NCBI GenBank assembly: GCA_035221665.1
Contig: CM069136.1
Location: 61,752,001 to 61,816,000, forward strand
Reading direction: 5' to 3'
Length of the DNA stretch: 64,000 nt
From: Okamejei kenojei
Lineage: Eukaryota
The notes under the pieces are model-generated. The model was not told the origin of the DNA. It did not search any database and was given only the letters and a program-made list of their open reading frames with translations. Positions 53,476-64,000 of the stretch are shown here, one piece after another; position 1 is the stretch's first letter, and each line of letters opens with the position of its first letter. A program made the position numbers and the translations under genes.

Positions 53476-54347
53476 GTAATTACATTTTGCAATTTTTCTA
53501 AAATATTAGGTAAATTATAAGTGAAAAAGCAATGGAGATAAATTCAGGACAAATACACTCTTACTACTCAATAAAGTATTTTCAAGGTCAATTTATTTAC
53601 TGAACTGTATCTGGATAATTATAGACCTGTTTGAACTATGTTTATGTTTTATAATATATGTTTAGGAGGGCTTTCATATTCCTTTTTGTCACAATTTATT
53701 TTTTCTATATACTTGAGGCTTCAGTCCTTTATTTTGTTTTTAATTGCTGTATTCTGGTTATTAAGAGTAATAGCATCAACTTGTCCTGTTAGAAGTCATC
53801 GCTGGATCAGAATGTAACTTTTTATAACTTTGTCAGCACCAGAAACGTGGCGACTCTGTGTACTGCCTAGGTGTCGAGGTCTGCTGTGTGATATTATCGG
53901 ATTGTATACAAAAACAAAGAATTTCACTGTTCCTAAAGGGTGTATCGTTGTGAGGAGTACACACGTATCTGCAAAGGACTAAAACAATATGGCAAATTGA
54001 ATATAATGTGGGTAAATGTGAGATTATCATCTTTGGTAGGAAGAATTTAAAAATATATTAAATGGAATGAGACTAACCTCATAAAATAAAGATCAAACGG
54101 TAAGTTCTCGTTTAATCTTTCTATTTTATAGTGAGAGACTACGTGAAGAACCTGCCAGCCCGCATGCGCGTCAATCTTCAAAGCAAATGTATGAAACCAC
54201 AGACCACTTGCACCAAATTAAACTATAGAAAGATTAATAACGCTTGACTTACCGAATGATCTTTATGAGATTCAAGGTTGGGAGTGCAGGGCATGTAGTC
54301 TCTCACTCCAACTTCTCATAAAATAAAGATCAAACTTCAAACGGCAA

Positions 54348-54880
54348 AGGGCCTGTCCCACTTGCATGCGATTGCACGCGTTTGGCGTGACAAACCGGAA
54401 GCGGAGTTCATGCGAAGTTCGTGCTAAATTCGCGGTTAGTACGTGCTAAGTTCGCGGGTGATGTCATTTACGTCATGCTTACCAATCAGCTGGGCAGGAG
54501 GCGGGCTGACTGAATTTGGGCGTTGCACGGCGTCGGGCGGTGACGTCATCACGCAACGCCACGCTGGGCAGTGACTTCATCACGCAACGCCATGCGCTAG
54601 GCGTACGCTGTCAAGACGCTTACGCCGTCAAGACGCTGCGTACGGCGTCAAGATGCTACGTACGACCGCAATAAGCATGCGTGCCGACAGGCCGTTGGCG
54701 CGCAAAGATTTCGGCCACTGAAAGAATTTCGGAGCCCCGCGCGATGTCGAGACCAGCCCCGCACAACTCTGCGCTTCTAAGTGGGACCGGCCCCGCGCAG
54801 CCATACGGTGCCCGTACGCCTCAAGTGACCATGAGGTCGCATAATTTGCGGGCCAAGGTCGCGTAAGTGGGACTGGCCCT
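54348..54880. mobile_element. PIF/Harbinger-type MITE (533 bp) inserted in the DIRS #3 ICR
   Basis: TIRs AGGGCCTGTCCCACTT / AAGTGGGACTGGCCCT. Flanks (c)aa / taa restore ggtaagttc, i.e. a TAA target. Confidence 0.8.
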
Positions 54881-56517
54881 TAAGTTCTTGTTTAATCTTT
54901 CTATTTTATATCGAAGTCTCGTGAGAGACTGCATGAAGCCTTCGAAGCTCTGTGGTTTCATGCTGTAAACCAATCTGTATGTGAAAACATTAAACAGATA
55001 AACCATAAAAGGTAGAAAATACATGGACCATTAACAACATGATGCTAACCTTACATACATGTACGTCACCCTTAATTGGACCACAATCCCAATTGCCTTT
55101 GGGTTAGACAATAGCGCATGCAACACTGTTCAGAATTCTATCTGCAACCGTCCAGACATGTTCAATGAAATTTTATATCTTCTGAAAGTGCGCTTATCTG
55201 AGCCTCCTGCTGTTGCAAGAAAGTGATGAAAGGGGACTATCCATTCTATTGACTGCTGATCAGCCAGCCGCCCTGGTAGAGTGGGACTTGAATTGATTTG
55301 TATTCACTCCTGCTTTCAGCTGCTTACACTCTATTTATCCTGAAAGAGTCTGCACCAACAATCTCTTGTGAAACTTATATAACTATGAAGAAACTTACCT
55401 TTATCTCACAGGTTCTTAGTAACCTCAGTGTACCTTTTATCATAATAGACATTCTCTGATCTAGTGGGTATGCTGTCAACTCCAACTTGTACCCAACCGT
55501 GCCTGTTTTGCTTTATGAGTTAATTCACATGAAATGCTACTCTCTTGTCAGATATGACCGAGAGATCCAGATCGAGATTGTGTAAAGACTGTGCTCTTCA
55601 TGCTGAAGTCAGTGTCATAAACATGAGTCACTGCTCCAACGTTTGGGATACAACTGATGATAATCTGCATAAAAACTTATACTGATTACACATTCCACAC
55701 TTCTTTGTATCTGGGCTTTAGAGTGTTCATATAAAGTACACATTTCATAACCTTAGTCAACAGTGGGTGAGAGCCAATAATTTATTGTCCCACTTATAGT
55801 ACTAGATACAACAACAAAGCAGTACCAGCAGTGTTAATTGCACTATAACATAGTCGCTTCTCTTAAACCCAAACTGCTACTTCTGTTTAAAAGTAGCTCA
55901 CATGTGTCTCTTCACAAAGCTTTCCATACAACCATGCAGTGATAGATGAACGAGAAATAGGTTGAACTAGCCAGCGCTCGTGTCTTCGAGCAAATATAGG
56001 AGCTCCTTTCAGCGGACCTATTTACAATGGAAGCCATGGTTGAGTAGGCCAATTTGGCACTACTATAATTCATGTTGCCTCATCTTGAATTATCTTAGGA
56101 GGCATCTACTGATAAATACCCTGAGTCTTATCTGTGGGTAGGGTCCGAGACATATCCGCAGAGTTTATGACAAAACCTAAATATGTAATAGATAATGCTG
56201 GCTCCAGTATGGAATTTCCTGGATGAATAACAACCCTAGATATTCTAGGAGCGCCTTGGTTGCTGAAACAGCTAACTCTGTGACACCCGATCTTTTCCCT
56301 ACAATAAGCATGTCTCTAAACTCCATGACAAAATGCCATTTAGATCTGAGTAGGGCAGCATTGACTTTAGAATCTTTGTAACTAGCCTCGGGCTGAAGTC
56401 AACCCCTTAGGAAGAGCCTAAAATGTCCACAACTGGCCTAGCCAGATAAACCTCAGATATATCCTCTGACTCTCGTGTGTTGATATGGAAAAGTATGCAT
56501 CTTCGAGATCGATTGAG

Positions 56518-57506
56518 TAGCAATGTTACAACATTTTGAGATTTAAAAAATCGTCTGCAATTTGTCCCATCCGATAAAGCATAATTTGACACCTAATTCA
56601 CTTTCATATCTTCAGTATTAAAAAAGTTATGGCCATTTTCATGCTCGGAAATTAGAATCTTGTTCCCTATAGCTTTTCCATTGACTTAACACAAAAGTTT
56701 TGATCGAGGACAGTCAAAAGCCCATAACTTTCAGAAACAAATATGAAACAATCTTACTTGGATGACCTGAAATTAAAGCATATAATTAGTTAGTTATCCA
56801 ATTGTAGCTAATTACAAAATTCAATTACTAGATCTTAACATTATCCATTTCTTAAGAAAAATATTAACATTTTAAAAAAAGCCTAAGTGTCCAAATAACA
56901 TTCATACAAGAATTCACAATATAACATGATTTTTAAATCTCATTGTCATGAATTAATAGACCAAATTGAAGGAATTTAGTTTTTAATGCCTGTAAATTAA
57001 TGGCCATTTAAATCAGCTTGCGAGTGGGATTTTATGGAACGCGATGGATTGGAACGTTGCGGTTGCGGTGAATTTAAACCCCATATCGGCAGGGAAAATA
57101 CTGCCGGTTCGTATGGGGAATAAATCACCGTTTCGCAACATGAAATTTTGATTAAGGTCATCTTAACAAGCAAGTTTATATGTAAAAATAAACGGCTTTC
57201 ATTTACCTGTCCCCTACCTGAAATCTGTCCCCGTTGTCGGCTTTCATAGTGTTAGAAGTTAATTTTTATTTTACTCCAACGCTGAAATAGTCGAGTGATT
57301 TAAAAAAAAATGTTTTTCACATACCGGCAGTCGGAACGAATCTTCAGCAAAAGCTCGCACCCCGAGAAAATATAACTCCGGAAGGCAGGGGAAAACCGCA
57401 TTTTAACCCCGCGCCACCCCCCCCCCCCCCCAAAGGCGACAAAGTCGCGCACACGGCCTGTGACAGATCTGCAGCGCCGCTAAATGTAAGTTTTGTAACA
57501 TACCTA
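56518..57506. mobile_element. Non-autonomous TIR DNA transposon (989 bp) with 7-bp TSD
   Basis: Ends TAGCAATGTTACAA / TTGTAACATACCTA. GATTGAG is duplicated at 56511-56517 and 57507-57513. Confidence 0.8.
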
Positions 57507-57741
57507 GATTGAGGCCGTAAAGCAATCCTCTGTACTCAACAATGAATGAAAATTATCAATCTTAAAATGATTATACCAAGCACATGTTCAGACTAGCCAA
57601 ATCCCAGAATGATTTGGCATCCTCCAATTTTCTTCAACCTTGTTAGAAGATATTAGAAATACACCCCTCTTGTTCATGTACACACTGCTCATCCTTTTGT
57701 GAAATGTCTCTGTTTCAACTTGGATAGCCATAGTTTCCTCT

Positions 57742-60463
57742 TAGAAAATAGGTGCAGGAGTAGGCAATTTGGCCCTTCAAGCCTGCACCGCCATTCAATA
57801 TGATCATGGCTGATCATCGAACTCAGTATCCCGTACCTGCCTTCTCTCCATACCCCCTGATCCCTCTAGCCACAAGGCCACCTCTAACACCCTCTTAAAT
57901 ATAGCCAATGAACTAGCCTCAACTACCTTCTGTGGCAGAGAATTCCAGAGACTCACCACTCTCTGAGTGAAAAAAGTTTTTCACATCTCGGTGCTAAAAG
58001 ATTTCCCCCTTATCCTTAAACTGAGACCCCTTGTTCTGGACTTCCCCAACATCGGGAACAATCTTCCTGCATCTAGCCTGTCCAACCCATTAAGAATTTT
58101 GTAAGTTTCTATACGATCCCCCCTCAAACTTCTAAATTCAAGCGAGTTCAAGCCGAGTCTATCCAGTCTTTCTTCATATGAAAGTCCTGACATCCCAGGA
58201 ATCAGTCTGGTGAACCTTCTCTGTTTTCCCTCTATGGCTACAATGTCTTTCCTCAGATTTGGAGACCAAAACTGTACGCAATACTCCAGGTGTGGTCTCA
58301 CCAAGACCCTGTACAACTGCAGTAGAACTTCCCTGCTCCTATACTCAAATCCTTTTTGCTATGAATGCTAACATACCATTCGCTTTCTTCACTGCCTGCT
58401 GCACCTGCATGCCTACTTTCAATGACTGGTGTACCATGACACCCAGGTCTCATTGTATCTCCCCTTTTCCTAATCGGCCACCATTCAGATAATAGTCTAC
58501 TTTCCTGTTTTTGCCACCAAAGTGGATAACCTCACATTTATCCACATTATACTGCATCTGCAATGCATTTGCCCACTCACCCAGCCTATCCAAGTCACCT
58601 TGCAGCCTCCCAGCATCCTCCTCAGAGCTAGCACTGCCCCCCAGCTTTGTGTCATCCGCAAACTTGGAGATGTTGCATTCAATTCCCTCGTCCAAATCAT
58701 TAATATATATTGTAAATAGCTGGGATCCCGGCACTGAGCCTTGCGGTTCCCCACTAGTCACTGCCTGCCATTCTGAAAAGGACCCGTTTACTCCTCCCCT
58801 TTGCTTCCTGTCTGCCAGCCAGTTCTCTATTCACATCAATACAGAACCCCCAATACCGTGTGCTTTAAGTTTGTATACTAATCTCTTATGTGGGACCTTG
58901 TCGAAAGCCTTCTGAAAGTCCAGGTATAACACATCCACTGGTTCTCCCTTATCCACTCTACTAGTTTCATCCTCGAAAAATTCTATAAGATTCGTCAGAC
59001 ATGATTTACCTTTCGTAAATCCATGCTGACTTTGTCCAATGATTTCACCACTTTCCAAATGTACTGCTATCCCATCTTTAATAACTGACTCTAGCAGTTT
59101 CCCCACTACCGATGTTAGACTAACTGGTCTGTAATTCCCCGTTTTCTCTCTCCTTCCCGTTTTAAAAAGTGGGGTTACATTGGCTACCCTCCAATCCTCA
59201 AGAACTACTCCAAAATCTAAAGAGTTTTGAAATATTATCACTGATCCATCCACTATTTCTGAGGCTACTTCCTTAAGCACTCTGGGATGCAGCCTATCTG
59301 GCCCTGGGGATTTATCGGCCTTTAATCCATTCAATTTACCTAACATCACTTCCCGGCTAACCTGGATTTCACTCAGTTCCTCCATCTCATTTGACCCCAG
59401 GTCACCTGCTATTTCCGGCATATTATTTGTCTTCCTTGGTGAAGACAGAACCAAAGTAGGTATTCAATTGGTCTGCCATGTCCTTGTTCCCCATGATCAA
59501 TTCGCCTGTTTCTGACTGCAAGGGACCTACATTTGTTTTAACTAATTTTTTCCTCTTCACACACTATAAAAACTTTTGCAGTCAGTTTTTATGCTCCCTG
59601 ACAGTTTTCTTTCATAATCTATTTTCCCTTTCCTAATTAAGCCCTTTGTCCTCCTCTGCTGGACTCTGAATTTCTCCCAGTCCTCTGGTAGGCTGCTTTT
59701 TCTGGCTAATTTGTATACTTTATCTTTTGTTTTGATATTATCCCTGATTTCCCGTGTTATCCACGGATGCACTACCTTCCCTGATTTAATCTTTTGCCAA
59801 ACTGAGATGAACAATTGTTGTAGTTCATCCATGCAGTCTTTAAATGCCTTCCATTGCCTATCCACCGTCAACCCTTTAAGAATCAATTGCCAGTATCTTG
59901 GCCAATTCACGTCTCATACCCTCAAAGTTACCTTTCTTTAAGTTCAGAACCCTTGTTTCTGAATTAATGATGTCACTCTCTATCCTAATGAAGAACTCAA
60001 CCATATTATGCTCACTCTTGCCCAAGGGGCTACGCACAACAAGACTGCTAACTAACCCCTCCTCATTACCCAATACCCAGACTAGAATAGCCTGCTCTCT
60101 CGTTGGTTCCTCTACATGTTGGTTTAGAAAACTATCCCGCATACATTCCAAGAGATCCTCTTCCTCAGCACCCCTGCCAATTTGATTCACCCAATCCATA
60201 TGTTGATTGAAGTCACCCATTATAACTGTTTTACCTTTGTTACATGCATTTCTAATTTTCTGTTTGATGCCATCCCCAACTCCACTACTACTGTTAGGTG
60301 GCCTTTAAACAGCGTTTTCTGCCCTTTAGTGTTTTGCAGCTCTACCGATTCCACATCCTCCTAGCTAATGTCCTTTCTTTCTATTGTGTTAATCTCCTCT
60401 CTAACCAGCAACGCTACCCCACCTCCTTTTCCTTTCTGTCTATCCCTCCTGAATATTGAATAT
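57742..60463 (-). mobile_element. CR1 LINE, 2.7 kb, 5'-truncated inside the endonuclease, inserted in the DIRS #3 RT
   Basis: RRDRQKGKGGGVALLV, GDFN, NYRPVSLTSVVGK, QHGFTKGKSCLTNL, LDFQKAFDKVPH, YINDLD..KFADDTK and a CR1 3'UTR. Several stops and frameshifts. Confidence 0.95.
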
Positions 60464-62157
60464 AGTTCGTATTCGTATGTACGGAATTCTAGGCTTCTCT
60501 TGCCGCGGCGGAAATTGATCAGCCAGAAACTGAATCTATAACCATTTATGATTTGTAAAATGGAAAGATCAGAGGTTAACTGTCCCCACCTGTTGTTGAA
60601 CTGTCTCAACCTATCTCCAACTTGAATATCGTCAGCACATCTCATGCGACTGATGGAATAATATTTGCATACCTCAACGGCCTCCACTTCATTGTTGCTT
60701 TGTTGTCTATGACAAGACAGACGGTGGCTGTAGATGTGATCAAGGCAGTTTCTAAGAAAGCACCTGCTATAAAAACCACCAAGGCTGCCAATAAAATAAT
60801 AGACCAAAGGTGATTACCACCCCCCTCCACCAATATCCAGCAACCCCTGAGACTGACACCACCAAAAATGGCCTTAGGCGGATGATCAATAGATCAATAG
60901 GATGACGCAAGACTTTGCTCTGTCCGCTTGGCTCACGCATCGTGGCCAGCTGGGGGATGATACTGAGTATGTGGAGTACACTGCCCACAAAGGGTGTCTT
61001 TACCACCCCCACCGCAGCCTTGAATTCCTCTTGCAAGTCTTTTACCTGCTAGCCCAAGTCTTCTCCAAAGAGATACTTGCAGACTGCACGTACTAGCCTT
61101 GCTCAAAATTAGCATATATTGGGTTGATCTCAGGCCTATACCATCCGAGCACAATTGAGTTTAAATTGTGTATTACACACAAGTGCTAAGGCATCTACTG
61201 CAATTCCGACAGCTGAGTTCCCTCCACCGACCTTGCAAAGGCCGTAATACTCATTTGAGAATTCTCTGAACTTGCTGGAGTTTAAATCCTTTTGACTTTG
61301 TTTTACCCTTCAGTTAGTCCCAAATGGTAGCATTAACCGACGGGACCTCCAATGTCTGGCAGAAATCAGGACTAGCATATCATCCAGCTGTGTCCTGCAT
61401 GATCTTCTCAATCAACTGATGAGAAGTCAAGTAACCAATCCTACTGCCAGTTCTTCCTCTAACAGTTCTCCTATCCCCAAAGGGATGGCAAATTTAGTCA
61501 CAAGTGCCAGCAGATCCTTATAAGACCTGAGTTGACGCATAACATCCACTTGATGTGGGAATTCGAATTCACTGTCAACTACCTCAGTCAGTCTCCACAA
61601 ATAATCCTCAAAACACTTCTCCTCAGAGTGGGAGATATCATATTGCCACCCTGAACCAGGTATTGCTGCCGCAGTCCTTTGACTGGAACAACCTGTCTCA
61701 GTCACCAGTGTGTGCAACACTTTCCCTTCGACCAGCCTCTCAATCAGTATTTCCAGTATTGAGAGCCCACAGATGACATCCTCAATGGATGTTGAGGCTT
61801 TACCTTCCTGCCCAATATTGTCCTTTTGGACATTTTGCCATTTTGGCCTTGGCCTACCCTGAACTTGGGTTGCCAAACTGCTCCCTTACGGAGCTTTTGT
61901 TTTTTATTATTTATTTATTTACTTTTTACAACACGGACCTGCAAGATAGGCAAAAATGCTACATGCCAATTTGGCCTTTACTGGTTTACCTATCCCCGAG
62001 AGGATGGCAAATGGTGTTCCAGCGTGCTGGCAACTCTTATTAACCGAGCTGAAAGAATTTAGCATGTGTTGAGGGTTTCCTCAAACTCCCTGCCTCTAAG
62101 CAGGAGATATACTCAATTATTACCCATATCATCCATCTGAGGTATGCTTTTACGAAA

Positions 62158-62809
62158 TTGTATTCCCTTCCTTTTTACTGCCAGCAGCGCTAACAGGGGA
62201 ATATTTTCTTATATTCCCCTTTCTAGCGAACGCCTATGGACTTTACCTGTTTAAACAGCGGGGAATATAGTCTTATATTCCCCTGGTCTCACATCCGGGA
62301 ACTTGGCAACGTGACGCTGCGTGACGGCAACGTGACGCTGCGTGACGCTGCGTGACGGCAACGTGACGCTGCGTGCGAAATTTAAAATTTATCTTAAAAA
62401 AAAAAAAAAATGGCAGCCGGTTGCGAGAAGAGGTTCGCGATTTAAAAGTTCGACCTTCACATTGTCACATAAATGAATTACATAAATTACATAAATGAAA
62501 CATAAATGTTACATTCTTTTAGTACTCTTATTTACAATGTTGGAATGGTTTTAGTACCCTTATTTACAATGTTGCAATGCATATTGCAAAATGTATAGAT
62601 ACATTCATATCATATGAGATGTTCAGATTTTCCTCTAGATGTCTGATAATGGGTAATAATAACAATATTGGACTGTCCTCTTTCGGGAGATACGACATAT
62701 ATTGCCCTCACTAGATCCATATTGCCCTCGTCTTCGACTCGGGCAATATGAATCTACTTCAGGCAATATATGTCGTATCCCCCTCAAGGCCAGTCAATAT
62801 TCTATTAAT
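62158..62809. mobile_element. Non-autonomous element with long subterminal palindrome (CryptonV-like), inserted in DIRS #3 gag
   Basis: Imperfect ~138-bp palindrome 62664-62801 centred on gtc-ttc-gac, internal gtgacgctgc/gtgacggcaac repeats, no clear TSD. Boundaries are approximate. Confidence 0.5.
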
Positions 62810-62948
62810 ATCTGAGTCTAACTGCCTCTATCAATGAAATGCACTCTTGTGGGCAGCCTGATAACCTCAAGCATAGATATTGAGACAGTGCTTCCCTGGC
62901 TAATAGGATCCATTTAGACAGCCAGTTTCAAGTTGGTCTACCCTGAAC

Positions 62949-63670
62949 GACCTCCTTAATGGAGCTTCAGCGTAGTTCCTTTTGCAGGCCATGCCTGTTC
63001 CCATCTGTAGACAAACTGCTCCTTCTGGAAGCTTTCAGAGGTTGCTGCGCAGGCCACGCTGCCAGCGTCTCTGAGCCCGGTTCCAACATGCTGCTGCATT
63101 TCGGAACTTTCAGAGGTTGCTGTGCAGGCCAAACTGCCAGCGTCTCTGAGCCCGGGTCATCAACCTGCTTTTTTTCAGAGCCAGTGGAAGATACTAGACA
63201 GACTGTGCTGCCAGTGTTTCTGAGCCCGGGTCTACTTACTAACCTCCATTTCAGAGCTTTCACGGAGGTTAGTAAGTAGACCTTTCCTGCCACCATCTCC
63301 GAGCCCGGGTCGACCTCCTTAATGGAGCTTCAGCGTAGTTCCTTTTGCAGGCCGTGCCTGTTCCCATCTTCGAACCCACGCTTGCCAAACTTCTCCCTTT
63401 CGGAGCTTTAAACGGACATTGCTGTGCAGGTCGCGCCTGCCAGCATCTCTGAGCCGAGTGAGACAGGCTGCTCCTACGGAGCCTTGGTGGAGCTTACTGT
63501 GCAGGTCGCACCTGCCAACATCTCCAAGCCTGGTGCGACAGGCTGCTCCTTCGGGGCCTTGGTGGAGCTTACTGTGCAGGTCGTGCTTGCCAGTTACTCC
63601 GAGCCTGGTGCGACGGGCTGCTCCTTCGGGGCCTAGGCGGAGCTTACTGTGCAGGTTGCACCTGCCAGTT
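62949..63670 (-). repeat. Array of ~75-bp (25-codon) repeats in the DIRS #3 5'/gag region
   Basis: ctgtgcagg at 63422, 63497, 63572 and 63647. gagcccgg at 63073, 63148, 63222 and 63301. A ~58-bp direct repeat at 62949 and 63312. Confidence 0.85.
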
Positions 63671-64000
63671 TACTCCGAGGCCGGCCGGCCGCCAGCTCCC
63701 TTCTGGAGCCTCAATGGCATTAGCTTACAGGCCGCGCCTGTCAGCCAAACCGAGCCCGCTGCATCTATTTTCGGAGCCAGAGGGCCATTCCTGAAAGAAA
63801 CACGCCTTATCTGCCGGAGCATTTTCGAATGGCTCTGAAACCCGCGCCATGCGTCAACGTATTGACGAGCATGCGGGCTGGCGGGTTCTTCACGCGGTCT
63901 CTCACAAGTCTTCGATATCAAATATTGATATGGTGGTCCCAGTACAAGAAACATGAAAGAAGGAAGGTGAACGAATGGATGAAGGTGAACGAATGAAGGA

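Larger units (their letters stand above)
33515..62757 (+). repeat. Second copy of ca. 3340-32851 (probable haplotypic false duplication)
   Basis: All exons and TEs recur colinearly. Offsets are 30160 (exon A), 30250 (C), 30287 (E), 30277 (F) and 30273 (G). Confidence 0.95.
54075..63922 (-). mobile_element. DIRS1-type retrotransposon #3, both ends present, four nested insertions
   Basis: 5' terminus 63869-63922 matches ICR half 54905-54937. gag (LEVPSVNATIW..DALALVCN..LFGEDL) ~61350-61000. RT start QVGDRLRQF..ILQIINGYRF ~60623-60530. RT ASIDLEDAYF split at 56517/57507. YR QFKSHSTRAA 55265-55295. Confidence 0.9.

Noticed and set aside
60465-62150. Novel gene suggested by ORFs 61427-61876 and 60361-60807
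   Set aside because: Translation matches the DIRS gag and RT N-terminus (homologous to DIRS #2). The 60361 ORF is a chance DIRS-CR1 read-through.

Overview
Eukaryotic, intron-rich vertebrate DNA. The repeat complement (CR1, V-SINE, Penelope-derived, Rex-tailed, DIRS) points to a cartilaginous fish, probably a skate or ray. The only host gene is DYNC2H1 (cytoplasmic dynein-2 heavy chain, + strand): seven internal GT-AG exons covering the end of AAA2 and AAA3. About 29.5 kb (ca. 3340-32851) recurs after a 620-N gap (ca. 33515-62757, offset about 30.2-30.3 kb). Each copy accumulates single-base indels toward the gap, and the clean parts differ by allele-like indels, so this is most likely an uncollapsed haplotype overlap (false duplication). 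The real locus is about 34 kb. The introns are dominated by three distinct, decayed DIRS1-type tyrosine-recombinase retrotransposons. One carries a 5' U2 snRNA fragment in its RNase H region. One retains both termini and its ICR. One hosts nested insertions: a Harbinger-type MITE, a 7-bp-TSD TIR element, a CR1 and a palindromic Crypton-like element. I found no convincing new biological system. The best leads are transposon-level oddities. All family assignments come from motif recognition, not database searches.
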